The notes: generated from the letters alone by a model not told the origin. A stretch of 64,000 bases of DNA from Pseudomonadota bacterium (GCA_039799905.1 JBDLRP010000032.1:1-64000); one strand, 5' to 3'; numbered from the stretch's first letter, positions 37,622-47,721 are shown. Program-made: numbers and translations.

Positions 37622-40140
37622 GGCAGCTTTTCCAATACGGTGCGTGACAGTGTCAGTTCATCTTTGAGTTGTCCTTGTTGAACAAAGAGCAGCTCCTGCA
37701 GTTGACCGTTCCGCCAAGGTTCGATCATGTTGGTGTAGTGGGGGCTGCCTGCGTGTCCCGATTGTCCGCCGGGGTAAACACCCCATGCACGGGGTTGGGC
37801 ATCGATCCATGTGACCACCATCCGCCAGCTGGGGCCGTGGTGGTCGGTGGTTGCGTTCACTGTGTGGCCGTCTCCGCCAGTGAACAGGTGCTCGATTCCA
37901 AACCCCGGCAAATTGGCGAGGTGGGGGATTTTTGTTCCGCGAAATTCACCCCACTGAGGCAACTGTTCGGGCAAGTTTTTTCTTTCAGAAAACGTCCTGA
38001 GGGTTTTCACCGCGCGCTCGAGAGAGTTTGCAACAAGCAGCGGAACTTCCGTCCGCCTCATGACTGATGCGCTCGCCGGCCAATCGCTCTCGTCTTTGGA
38101 GAGCAGCAATTCTGCCGTTTTGTCATGTGACGGGCTTTTGAAATCGGGTGCCGGAAATGCTTTTTCCCAGAGGGTTTCGTGAACTATTTCCCACCACTTC
38201 GACCAGACCGCGGCCTCGATGCTTTGCGGATGGAGCTCAAAATTCCAGCGGTTGAGCATATCGAGAACTTTTCGGTCTTCATCGTTGCGCAGAAGGCCAA
38301 CGGCCCATCTACTAAAGTGTGGCAAAAGTGTTTTCGCGCGCAGGTCTGTTACGTCATTTTGCAGTTGCATGAGAGAAGAGATGCTTGCGGGCTGAGTCGC
38401 GGTCAATTCATTCAGCCTTTGAAAAATTCTTTCACCACGCAAGTAACTGGTGAATCCCCAATCTCCGGACGCATAACCGAACGCCGGATCGAGAGTGGGT
38501 TGCTGATTTGCCGATGAAAGATGACCACGCTCCGGCGACCAGCTTTGTGGCAGATGCACAAAACTAATGTCATCCTTCCATCCTGCTGTCGGACTTGTCC
38601 CGTCGAGCACAAATCGACCCGCGCCTGCCGCCGTTCGGATGGGAAAACGCCCAGCTTGCAGCAATCCTATTGAGCCGGTTTTATCGGCCATGACAAAACT
38701 CTGGCCGGGAGCTTGATAGTCACGCAGTGCATTCTTCATCTCGACAACCGAACGCGCGCGGTTGAGCGAATGAAAAACTCTGAATTCATTTGACGGCGTA
38801 TGCCCCTTCCAGAGCATGGCAAAAGGCACAGTGGTTGTTGCACCGCTTTTCTGTTCGAGTGTGAGTTCCTGCGCGATGGGGCCGAGATGAGTCTCAATGA
38901 CGTCGATTGTTCGAGATGGCTTTCCCTTGATCCGGATGGTTTCTTTGCGGACGTTTGATGGCCTCCAGCGCTGCGCTGACAGGTAGTTGGGCACGGGCTT
39001 CGCCTTGTCGAACTTCATCGCAAACCAGTCAATCACATCTGTGCCTGCGTTGGTGATCCCCCAGCTGACCGCATCATTGAATCCGATAATCACGTGGGGC
39101 AGCCCCGGCAGCGACACTCCGTAGACGTTAACGTTGGGTGCGCTCAGCTGAATTTCATACCAAATCGATGGGAGTTTCAGATCAAGGTGGGGGTCATTGG
39201 CCAACAGAGGATAGCCGTGCGTGGTGCGCGTGCCATCGACCACCCAATTATTGCTACCATTGCTTGGTTTCCGTTTCTCCTGCTGGGCACCCTGCTTTTT
39301 GCTTTCAATCTTGAGAATTCCGTCCAGGCGGGCCAGAGATCCCGATGTTTCTGCGAGTTCAGGGCTGATTATGGACATATTGGCGACGGACGCATCCAAA
39401 ATTGGAGTGCTGCGCGGATAGAAGTCCGGAAACAGAAATTCCAATTCTGACTGGGAGAAACGTTGCAGCGCATTGCTCATCTTGAAGTCGTCGAAGTTGC
39501 CTGTCAGCGTCCACGTCATTTGCTTGTGGAAGAGTGCGCAATGAAGCGGTGTCCACTTTGCCGGACGGGTGCCGAGAAGTTTGTATTCAACCGGCCATTG
39601 CTGAGGTGTCAGCGAGCGCACGTAGGCGTTGACGCCCTCGCTGTAGGCCTCAAGAATTTCGTATTGCTGCGGGTCATTCTTCCGCAAAAATTCCAGCTCC
39701 GCCTCGGCAGCTGCCAGAAAGCCGAGCCTTCTTTGTTTGGCATCGAATTCAAAAGCCTTCTCGCCCAGCAGTTCTGACACCCGTCCGGCGGTCGCCGCGG
39801 TTTGCAGTTCCATCTGCCAGAGCCTGTCGCGCGCGGTGGCATAGCCCTGTCCGAATGCTAGATCGAGGTCGTTTTCGGCAACCACATGCGGCACGCCGCG
39901 GGTGTCGACCGAAATGGTAATTTTCTTTCCTTTAATCGCCGCTTCAAACTCGGTCGTTGGAGCATTTTTTTTAGCAACCGACGGTGCGTTTTTGAGATAG
40001 CCCGAATAAGGGCTGAGAAAATCACCGAGCGGCGGAATTGGACCCAGTGGAATGCTGAAGAGGAACGCCAAAAATAAAAAAACGCCCCACGTACCGAGGA
40101 TTCTCAGAAGGTAGGGGCGTTTTTCTGCTGGTTCGGACAT
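37618..40140 (-). CDS. Penicillin acylase family (S45 Ntn-hydrolase), N-terminally anchored
   Basis: RGVPHV, DRLWQME, GSNNWVV nucleophile, LANDPHL, PGGQSG; start 40140 or 40164. Confidence 0.93.
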   Translation of the reverse strand: MSEPAEKRPYLLRILGTWGVFLFLAFLFSIPLGPIPPLGDFLSPYSGYLKNAPSVAKKNAPTTEFEAAIKGKKITISVDTRGVPHVVAENDLDLAFGQGYATARDRLWQMELQTAATAGRVSELLGEKAFEFDAKQRRLGFLAAAEAELEFLRKNDPQQYEILEAYSEGVNAYVRSLTPQQWPVEYKLLGTRPAKWTPLHCALFHKQMTWTLTGNFDDFKMSNALQRFSQSELEFLFPDFYPRSTPILDASVANMSIISPELAETSGSLARLDGILKIESKKQGAQQEKRKPSNGSNNWVVDGTRTTHGYPLLANDPHLDLKLPSIWYEIQLSAPNVNVYGVSLPGLPHVIIGFNDAVSWGITNAGTDVIDWFAMKFDKAKPVPNYLSAQRWRPSNVRKETIRIKGKPSRTIDVIETHLGPIAQELTLEQKSGATTTVPFAMLWKGHTPSNEFRVFHSLNRARSVVEMKNALRDYQAPGQSFVMADKTGSIGLLQAGRFPIRTAAGAGRFVLDGTSPTAGWKDDISFVHLPQSWSPERGHLSSANQQPTLDPAFGYASGDWGFTSYLRGERIFQRLNELTATQPASISSLMQLQNDVTDLRAKTLLPHFSRWAVGLLRNDEDRKVLDMLNRWNFELHPQSIEAAVWSKWWEIVHETLWEKAFPAPDFKSPSHDKTAELLLSKDESDWPASASVMRRTEVPLLVANSLERAVKTLRTFSERKNLPEQLPQWGEFRGTKIPHLANLPGFGIEHLFTGGDGHTVNATTDHHGPSWRMVVTWIDAQPRAWGVYPGGQSGHAGSPHYTNMIEPWRNGQLQELLFVQQGQLKDELTLSRTVLEKLP

Positions 40141-40222
40141 CACTCCGTTCCTCCGGTTTGTCATTTGCGCACTTGCTGGGTGCCGATGATTTTCGCCGGA
40201 AAAAACGGAACTGTAAACAGCC

Positions 40223-42346
40223 TCAGTTGGACCAAGTCTTCATGATGTCGATTGGCTCCTTGCCGACGGCATCCTTGCGGCTGAGTTTGATGCGGCCAGT
40301 GCGGTCGATTTCGATGACCTTGACCATTACTTCATCGCCTTCCTTGACGACATCTTCAACCTTGTTCACGCGCTGCGTGGCCAGTTGAGAAATATGCACG
40401 AGCCCTTCGACGCCGGGCTTGATTTCGACAAAGGCGCCGAAGTCAGAAACCTTCTTGACGATGCCCAGATACACTTCGTTGATTTCAGGATCGCTCGTCA
40501 GGAAGTGAATCATGCGCTTGGCACGAGCAGCTGCGTCGCCGTTGTTTGAAGCGAGGTTGATGACGCCTTCATCGTTGATGTCCACCTTGCAACCGGTGTC
40601 TGCAACGATCTTCTTGATGTTGCGGCCGCCCGGACCGATGAGATCACGGATGCGTTCGGTCTTGATTTTGATCTGTTCGATGCGCGGTGCGCGTGTGCTC
40701 AGGTCCTTGGCCTTGCTCAGCACAGAAGTCATCTTGCCGAGAATGTGCATGCGGCCTTCGTGCGCTTGTTCAAGTGCATGGCGCAGAACTTCGAGCGAAA
40801 CGCCGGCAATTTTCATGTCCATCTGCAGCGCTGTGATTCCTGATTTTCCGCCGGCGACCTTGAAGTCCATATCGCCCAGAGCATCTTCATCGCCAAGAAT
40901 GTCCGAGAGAATTGCTACATCCTTGCCTTCTTTGATGAGGCCCATGGCAATTCCGGCCACCGGCTCAAGAAGCGGTACTCCTGCGTCCAGCATGGCGAGT
41001 GTGCCCGAGCAAACGGAAGCCATTGAGGACGAGCCGTTTGATTCGGTGATCTCGGAAACCATACGGATTGAGTATGGGAAGCGCAGTCGGCTTGGGACGG
41101 AAGCTCTGAGTGCGCGCTCGGCCAGATTTCCGTGTCCGACTTCGCGTCGTCCGGGAGCACCCAGACGCTTGGGTTCGCCGACAGAATAGCCGGGCATGTT
41201 GTAGTGCAGCATGAAGTGTTTTTCTTCGAGAGGGCTGTAAACGCTCTCGCTGCGCTGTGCGTCGTCAGATGTGCCGAGTGTGACTACACCGAGTGACTGC
41301 GTCTCGCCGCGCGTGAACAATGCCGAACCATGCGGGCGTTTGAGAACCTGTACCTGACAATTGATGTCGCGGATGTCGGTGGTCTTGCGGCCATCGACGC
41401 GGCGGTTGTCGCGGATGATGTTGACGCGCAGTGTTTTGTAGCACGCCATTTCGAACAGGAAGTCGAAGTCTTTTGCCATCGAGCCGTCGTCGCTCGCGGG
41501 AACGAGCTCGGCGCGCGCGGCGCTGCGGATTTCGTCAACGGCATGCTTCCGGTCGCTCTTTTTGGCTATCGAGTAGGCTTCACGCAGGGCTCCCGCGTAT
41601 TTTTTATCGAGAACTTTTTCCATGCTGTCGTTGGCCGGAGCTTCAGGAACACTGCGCTTTGGTTTGCCGACTGCAGCACGAAGCTCTTCCTGCACCTTGC
41701 ACATGGTCTTGATGTGTTTGTGGGCGACTTCGATGGCCTCGAGGATAAGTGCCTCGGAGACGAAATTCGCCCCGGCCTCGACCATGAGGATGCCTTCGCT
41801 GGTTCCGGCGACCACGATGTCGAGGTCCGAACCGGTCTCTTCTGCTTCCGACGGGTTGATGAGGAATTGGCCGTTTTTATGACCGATACGCACGCCAGCG
41901 ATCGGGCCGTTGAACGGAATGTCGGAAATGTGCAGCGCCGCGCTGGCGCCGAGAATGGCGAGAGGAGCTGGTGAAATCTTGGGGTCCACTGACATGACCG
42001 TGGCCACGACCTGAACTTCGGTCAGGAATGTTTCTGGGAACATCGGGCGGATGGGACGGTCGATGAGCCGGCTGATGAGCACTTCGCGCTCGGTCGGCTT
42101 TGACTCGCGCTTGATGTAGCCGCCGGGAATACGGCCGGCTGAGTACAACTTTTCGATGTAGTCGACGGCCAGTGGGAAAAATGATGCCGTCGGGCTTGGA
42201 GCCTTGGCACCTGTCGCACATACGAGCACCTGTGTGTCGCCGCACGTGATGAGCACGGAGCCGCCCGCCTGACGGGCCATGCGGCCGTGTTCGATGGTGA
42301 TCTCGTGGTCGCCCACGCGGATGGTTTTCTCAACAATATTGAACAT
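40223..42346 (-). CDS. pnp: Polyribonucleotide nucleotidyltransferase (PNPase)
   Basis: FFPLAVDY, SRLIDRPIRP, FTRGETQ, RREVGHG, ESNGSSSMAS, GDMDFKVAG, KH and S1 domains. Confidence 0.98.
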   Translation of the reverse strand: MFNIVEKTIRVGDHEITIEHGRMARQAGGSVLITCGDTQVLVCATGAKAPSPTASFFPLAVDYIEKLYSAGRIPGGYIKRESKPTEREVLISRLIDRPIRPMFPETFLTEVQVVATVMSVDPKISPAPLAILGASAALHISDIPFNGPIAGVRIGHKNGQFLINPSEAEETGSDLDIVVAGTSEGILMVEAGANFVSEALILEAIEVAHKHIKTMCKVQEELRAAVGKPKRSVPEAPANDSMEKVLDKKYAGALREAYSIAKKSDRKHAVDEIRSAARAELVPASDDGSMAKDFDFLFEMACYKTLRVNIIRDNRRVDGRKTTDIRDINCQVQVLKRPHGSALFTRGETQSLGVVTLGTSDDAQRSESVYSPLEEKHFMLHYNMPGYSVGEPKRLGAPGRREVGHGNLAERALRASVPSRLRFPYSIRMVSEITESNGSSSMASVCSGTLAMLDAGVPLLEPVAGIAMGLIKEGKDVAILSDILGDEDALGDMDFKVAGGKSGITALQMDMKIAGVSLEVLRHALEQAHEGRMHILGKMTSVLSKAKDLSTRAPRIEQIKIKTERIRDLIGPGGRNIKKIVADTGCKVDINDEGVINLASNNGDAAARAKRMIHFLTSDPEINEVYLGIVKKVSDFGAFVEIKPGVEGLVHISQLATQRVNKVEDVVKEGDEVMVKVIEIDRTGRIKLSRKDAVGKEPIDIMKTWSN

Positions 42347-42611
42347 AGAAAGGAACCTTAGACGAAGGTCTGAGTGACAGGACCTGACTCAAACCGGAGA
42401 GCGTTTATCCTCCCGACCATTCGAGAGTCCCAGCGCACCATGCGCCAGCTTTAAGCAAATGCCTATCGTTACTACCGACCCTAGCAAAGAAGTTCAGTCC
42501 TGAAAAGGCAGAAATTGCTGTTGTGCTGGCTTTTTGTGACTCGTCCGCCCACTTGCGCGCGAATCGATGGGTCAGTATGCCTCGGATGTAGGACAATTCA
42601 GGGAGCAGCCA

Positions 42612-43256
42612 ATGCCGGTCTATAAGATTCTTCACTATCCTCACGTGCTTCTGAGAAAACCATCGACGCCCGTGGAAAAGTTCACTCCAAGCCTGAAGGC
42701 ATTTGCAGCGGGAATGGTTGAAACAATGAATGCCTTCGAAGGCATCGGACTCGCCGCACCGCAGGTGGGAATTCTCAAGAGACTCATCATCGTTGACGTC
42801 CGTCCCTATCTGGAAAACCCGCAGCTGAAAGACTGGCACGGCACTTATTCCTATAGTGTTGATGGACAGAAACAGAATCTGCCGTCGCCAATGATTTTGG
42901 TGAACCCGGAGATTGTCGCCAAGCAGAACGAAATCTCTTTCCCGTTTGACGGGTGCCTTTCGTTCCCGGGTGTGGATCGCGGTCAGACCACGCGATGGAA
43001 AAACATCGAGATGCATGCCAAGGATCTCGACGGCAAGTCGATTCGCATCGAGTGCGACGGCATCATGAGCATTTGTCTGCAGCACGAGATGGATCATCTT
43101 GAGGGCGTTCTTTTTATCGACCGCGTGCAGGGACAGGTGAACGAGAATGATGTCATGGCCGACATCGAAGATCACGAAAACGAAGCTGGCACACGTCGCA
43201 AAATGAAGAAGTTAAAACTCGTGGATGCGCGTGCTGAGAAGTTTGATTTTCTGTGA
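42612..43256 (+). CDS. def: Peptide deformylase
   Basis: GIGLAAPQ, DGCLS, QHEMDHLEG; GGAG RBS before ATG 42612. Confidence 0.93.
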   Translation: MPVYKILHYPHVLLRKPSTPVEKFTPSLKAFAAGMVETMNAFEGIGLAAPQVGILKRLIIVDVRPYLENPQLKDWHGTYSYSVDGQKQNLPSPMILVNPEIVAKQNEISFPFDGCLSFPGVDRGQTTRWKNIEMHAKDLDGKSIRIECDGIMSICLQHEMDHLEGVLFIDRVQGQVNENDVMADIEDHENEAGTRRKMKKLKLVDARAEKFDFL

Positions 43257-43315
43257 ATCTTTTGCCTAATTTTCAGTGTGTTTGATTTGCGCAAACTGAG
43301 CCGCACGCGCGGAGC

Positions 43316-43816
43316 TCAGTAAAGGCTCGGGTTGGTGTGGAGATGATCCACATATTGGGCAATCTCGGAGATGACATCCTGAGGCAGCTGCGAAAAGCTC
43401 GGCATTTGGCTGCCGGGCAGGCCCTCGATGAGTGTTTTGCTCACTCCTGCAACTGTGAGATCATTTTTCAGACCCGAAGGTGCCGGGGAAAGGAAATTGG
43501 GCAACTTGCGGCTGAGTGTCTGGCTGAGCGGTCCGTTTCCGCGTCCTTCAGGACCATGGCAACCTGCACAGTATTGTTGGAAGTGATACCGGCCTTTGGC
43601 TTGTGCTTCTGTTAGTTGAAACTTAGCCTGCGCTTCGGGATCGAGCGCCCATGGTGCGGCTGTTTTGTGAAACAACATTCCGACGGGTGACGAATCAAAA
43701 AATGCGGGCAGAATCAAAAATCCGACTGCCAAGAGGGTGAACAGCCCCACCAGGGAGTAGGTGATGGCCTTAATTGGTAACGGTTTTGGATTTTGCTCAT
43801 TGTTTTCGCTCGTCAT
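43316..43816 (-). CDS. Membrane-anchored monoheme cytochrome c
   Basis: N-terminal TM, CAGCHGPEGRGNGP, GSQMPSF. Confidence 0.88.
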   Translation of the reverse strand: MTSENNEQNPKPLPIKAITYSLVGLFTLLAVGFLILPAFFDSSPVGMLFHKTAAPWALDPEAQAKFQLTEAQAKGRYHFQQYCAGCHGPEGRGNGPLSQTLSRKLPNFLSPAPSGLKNDLTVAGVSKTLIEGLPGSQMPSFSQLPQDVISEIAQYVDHLHTNPSLY

Positions 43817-43832
43817 GTGAGGCTCCAATTTC

Positions 43833-44936
43833 TTGAACTTCAGCTTGCTTGACCACCCTCTGGATAGCAAGAGCCTGCGCTCACTCTCCTCTGCGGGGGT
43901 TTACATATTTTTAGCCGAACCACGCGAAAAAGCTGAAGCCAAACTGGGCGCGGGCGGCGGAATTTTATTCGCGTTGAGTGAAGGGCTGGAGGTTCTGTAC
44001 GTTGGCAAGGCAAAAGAATTGCGCCAGCGTCTGCAGAACTACCGCCGCGGCGGAAGCGGATCCGCCGGTGAATGGCAAAAATCGGCAAAGCTGAATGAAG
44101 CTGCAAAATCGGTTTTGATCATTCCGACTCCGACTCATTTTGAAGCTTGTTTGCTTGAATTATTTCTGATCCGAATTCTCGTTCCTCAGTTGAATTACAC
44201 AAGCACTGACGCTGGGCGGATTTATTTTGTTTTGCAGGACCGGCTCAGTCGGCGGCTGAGCGTTTCATCGAGAAAAAAAACTGGCATGAAGGTCTGGGGA
44301 GTGGTCAGGGCTCGCCGACAGGTGCGAGCGGCTTTTGATGCGCTGACGGAAAGTTTGGACAATTATCAGGAAGCCTCCGGCGAAATTGCGTTTCAACCGT
44401 TTTATTCCCGTTTTGGAAGAAGCAGCGGCGGCGGACGATTGATTGTCGATGTGGCTGCGCAAAGCTCAGAGCTATGCAGCAACTTTTTGCGCGGACGCCG
44501 CAGCGGAATTGTCGACGCAGTCTGGAAAGCGATGAAAAAAGCTGCCGAATCGCAACAGTTTCATGTGGCGGCACAGATGCGTGACCGCTATCTGGTGCTT
44601 CACGAACTGCAAAGTCAATTGCGGCGCTCGCGCAGGTTGATACGCGGTTTTCGCAACGTCCGCATCGATATTCCCGCGAGTGGATCTGTTCCTGCGCGCA
44701 CTTTTGTGGTGCGTCGCTTTCAAGTTTGCGGATTTGAGATGAAAACGGCAGAGAATTTTTTGCAAAATGAATCTCCCTTTTCCGAAATTTTCAGAGATGC
44801 CGTTGAGCATTTCCGGCGGGAGTTTTCTGATTGTGGTGAAATTGAAAGTCTGAGGGTGAATTTTGAATTTTTGCGTTTGATGTTATGGTGGCACGGAAAT
44901 CGCTCCGAAAGAGAACAAACCGATTCAGGTTCGTGA
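43833..44936 (+). CDS. GIY-YIG nuclease with UVR motif (UvrC N-terminal/Cho-like, divergent)
   Basis: GVYIF, LYVGKAKELRQRL, EACLLE, PQLN; MKKAAESQQFHVAAQMRD UVR helix; no recognisable UvrC RNase H or HhH part. Confidence 0.8.
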   Translation: MNFSLLDHPLDSKSLRSLSSAGVYIFLAEPREKAEAKLGAGGGILFALSEGLEVLYVGKAKELRQRLQNYRRGGSGSAGEWQKSAKLNEAAKSVLIIPTPTHFEACLLELFLIRILVPQLNYTSTDAGRIYFVLQDRLSRRLSVSSRKKTGMKVWGVVRARRQVRAAFDALTESLDNYQEASGEIAFQPFYSRFGRSSGGGRLIVDVAAQSSELCSNFLRGRRSGIVDAVWKAMKKAAESQQFHVAAQMRDRYLVLHELQSQLRRSRRLIRGFRNVRIDIPASGSVPARTFVVRRFQVCGFEMKTAENFLQNESPFSEIFRDAVEHFRREFSDCGEIESLRVNFEFLRLMLWWHGNRSEREQTDSGS

Positions 44937-44989
44937 AATTTTCGGGTGCGCACACTCAGCAGCAGATTCAATTTATCGAGGACAGGAAT

Positions 44990-46549
44990 ATGGGTTTAGT
45001 TCGACGTTGGAATCTCGGATGTTCAAATCATCCTCTGCGGGCGCTGTGCTCGCTTTTGGTTGTGTGCGGCGGAGGACTTGGTCTTTCTTCCGAAGCTCTT
45101 GCTGTCACTGCGCAAGTCAGTGGAGAAGCAGCTGTCGTTGGCGAGTTTCTCTCAAGCATGCCGCCAAAGAGTGCAGAGTTCAAAGGCCTGCGCCGTGGAG
45201 TGCGAGTGCCGCTGGGACTCCGTCTTGAAGGCCGAGCATCGAGCAACGTCAGCGTGTTTTTGGATTTGCGCTACAACGCCAATCAGTATCCGGAAGTCGC
45301 ATTTCCGCTCGGCAACATGGAAGACACTTCGGCTGGAGCCAAAACAACCGGCAACGATGTCAATCATCCGTTCAGCAAATTCGGTGGACGTGGCGAGAAA
45401 CGCGAGTGGCTCAAAGTGAATCAGGCGTTTGTTCAATATGACAGCGGTGATGCCGGCCGATTCCGCGCAGGACGCATTCCGCGCAATTGGGGATTGGGCA
45501 TCTGGCTTGATGACGAGTGGAAGCCTGAAGGCGGAACACGTTCCACCTCGGACGCAATCTCGTATACGCTCGATTTTCCTTCCGAGCTGTTGGCAACCGT
45601 GTATTGGGAAAAGATCTCTGAGGGCAGTTTGAGTTCGGATACGGATGACGCCGACGCATTGACGGGTGAGATTGTCATCGGCGACCGCGGAACCGACGGC
45701 TCTTCTTCCGGATTGAGCAGAAAGCTCGGACTTGCTTTCAGCAAATACGATCACAAAGATTCTTCCACCGAGCTGAAGATTCTCGACATTTTCGGAGTTT
45801 TTTCGTTAGGCCGTGCCGGCTTTGAGGCTGAATTGAATTGGCCGACAGGCAAGTCCCGTTCGCTCAATTACGCATCCGCAGGCGGTGAAGCAGTCAATCC
45901 GGACGGCTCCGCACTGTCACGAGATTCTCAGTCGGTTGAAGGTTTGAATATACTGATGCGCGCCCGTTATCAGCTGGGCGGAGGTGTTTCTGCGCCCGAT
46001 CGCAACATCAAAATCTCGCAAACTGATGCGACACGCCAACGCATTCCGACCAGTCAGGCGGGCGAATCGCAAATTCTCGGACTCACTGCCGGCTACAGTC
46101 GAGGTGACGCCGACGCGTTCGACAATGTGAAAAACAAGGACACAAAGGTCACGGGAATTCCGATGCATCCCAACGTCCGTCCGGCATTCCTCATGTTCAA
46201 CCCGCTGTCTGCGGACAAGGCTGGAATGCCAGGAGCAATTGTGCGCAATGTGCTCTTCGCGCGAGCCGAGTACAGCTACGAATCCGCGGGAGTGGGCATG
46301 TTGACCCCAGCTGTGATTTTTGCACGTCTTGATCAGACGAACACAAAGGCCAGCGCAGCGGACACAAACGTTGGTGGTAACAGCAATCTGGGTTTTGAGT
46401 TTGACCTCAATTACTCATACCGCACGGTCGACGGGCTGCGGATTTCACTCGACGGTGGTCTTTGGGTTCCCGGCGGAGCTTGGGAAACATCAGGTGTGAA
46501 GCCTGAAACTGTATACGGTATCAGGGCAACTGCAGCGACTTTCTTCTGA
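44990..46549 (+). CDS. Outer-membrane beta-barrel protein (TIGR04551-like)
   Basis: Signal peptide, GRIPRNWGLG, HPNVRPAFLMF, LGFEFDLNYSY, C-terminal Phe. Confidence 0.75.
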   Translation: MGLVRRWNLGCSNHPLRALCSLLVVCGGGLGLSSEALAVTAQVSGEAAVVGEFLSSMPPKSAEFKGLRRGVRVPLGLRLEGRASSNVSVFLDLRYNANQYPEVAFPLGNMEDTSAGAKTTGNDVNHPFSKFGGRGEKREWLKVNQAFVQYDSGDAGRFRAGRIPRNWGLGIWLDDEWKPEGGTRSTSDAISYTLDFPSELLATVYWEKISEGSLSSDTDDADALTGEIVIGDRGTDGSSSGLSRKLGLAFSKYDHKDSSTELKILDIFGVFSLGRAGFEAELNWPTGKSRSLNYASAGGEAVNPDGSALSRDSQSVEGLNILMRARYQLGGGVSAPDRNIKISQTDATRQRIPTSQAGESQILGLTAGYSRGDADAFDNVKNKDTKVTGIPMHPNVRPAFLMFNPLSADKAGMPGAIVRNVLFARAEYSYESAGVGMLTPAVIFARLDQTNTKASAADTNVGGNSNLGFEFDLNYSYRTVDGLRISLDGGLWVPGGAWETSGVKPETVYGIRATAATFF

Positions 46550-46555
46550 AGTTCA

Positions 46556-47662
46556 TCAGAGCCCGCGGATGAAGTTTGAGGGGTCGACGCGTCTGCCGCC
46601 GACTTCAACTTCATAGTGGAGATGCGGGCCTGTCGTTCTGCCAGTTGCACCGACCAGTCCAATTAAGTCGCCCTTGGACACGCGCGTACCTGTTTTGACA
46701 AGAATCTTGGATGCGTGTGCGTAGCGTGTTGTCACTCCGAATCCATGAGCTATTTCGATAAAATTTCCATAGTCCTCTGCTGTGCCCGCACGAATCACCG
46801 TGCCGCTTGCAGCTGCTCGGATCGGTGCTCCCATCGGTGCGGCAATATCCACGCCCTGATGCATTTTGGCTTCACCGGTGAAAGGGCTCGCGCGCTTTCC
46901 GTAGAATGAAGTCACAAATCCCTGAACCGGTGAAATGGTCGGCGTTTGCGACAGCCGCACGCGGTATCCTTGCAGCTCTTTGAGGAGAGTGCTGAGCCCC
47001 TGCAATTGCACCGAGCTCTTGTCGCGGATGTCGGTGAGCGCCGCGAACAGGTCCCTGAATTCAAGATTTTCAGTGTTCACATTGCTGCCGACTGCCTGTG
47101 CAGGCAGGTCGATTTTCTTTTCGTCGTCGGAGAGCGATTCGTTCGATGGAGCCTGCCCTCTGAGCCCTGCTGTTTTGTCGGTCTGCTGGGTGAGGTCATT
47201 CTTGATTTTTGACTTTGCGCGGAAACTCAGCGCGAAAGCGCCCGACTTTTTTTTTTCGCTGCGCGGATCGAGGCTTGCGGCTTCCTGACGGACTTGGTCA
47301 GAGATGTGGTCGACCTGAACCAGGTTGGATTTTACTTCTTGAAGTTTTGCGACAAGAGCCGCCGCCTCCGAACGGATGGCTACGTTCTCGGCGCGCAGTC
47401 GCTCGTATTCAACGTGCAGTGAAGCCATTTTTACCAAGTTGGCCGACAGAGCGCTGACAAGACCGAGCAAAGCGCAGACGATCGCAAGTGAACCATAAAG
47501 CACGACTTTTGGAATCCGGATACGCCGCGATGTGGCACTTTCATTCGGTATATATATGAAAGTTACGCAGGGCAGTCGTGCGAACCAACCCGTCTGGCCA
47601 ACCACTGTCTTTGGTGGTTTAGACTCGTATGGTTTTTGATTATACTGCCCTTTGCCAGACAC
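46556..47662 (-). CDS. M23 family peptidase with TM and coiled coil
   Basis: HQGVD (HxxxD), YGN, YAH, TGPHLHYEV; GTG 47662 follows GGAGG (ORF track starts at 47707). Confidence 0.92.
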   Translation of the reverse strand: MSGKGQYNQKPYESKPPKTVVGQTGWFARLPCVTFIYIPNESATSRRIRIPKVVLYGSLAIVCALLGLVSALSANLVKMASLHVEYERLRAENVAIRSEAAALVAKLQEVKSNLVQVDHISDQVRQEAASLDPRSEKKKSGAFALSFRAKSKIKNDLTQQTDKTAGLRGQAPSNESLSDDEKKIDLPAQAVGSNVNTENLEFRDLFAALTDIRDKSSVQLQGLSTLLKELQGYRVRLSQTPTISPVQGFVTSFYGKRASPFTGEAKMHQGVDIAAPMGAPIRAAASGTVIRAGTAEDYGNFIEIAHGFGVTTRYAHASKILVKTGTRVSKGDLIGLVGATGRTTGPHLHYEVEVGGRRVDPSNFIRGL

Positions 47663-47693
47663 AACGCCTCCCCTTTCCCTTAATTCAGACGAG

Positions 47694-47721
47694 AGATCGG
47701 CTGCCATTTCGTGGAACTTGA
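47694..47721 (-). promoter_or_regulatory. Candidate sigma-28 (FliA)-type promoter
   Basis: TCAA-N16-GCCGATCT on the minus strand, about 30 nt upstream of GTG 47662. Confidence 0.4.

Noticed and set aside
40512..41974. Long + strand ORFs inside pnp
   Set aside because: Antisense shadows of a conserved gene with strong codon bias.
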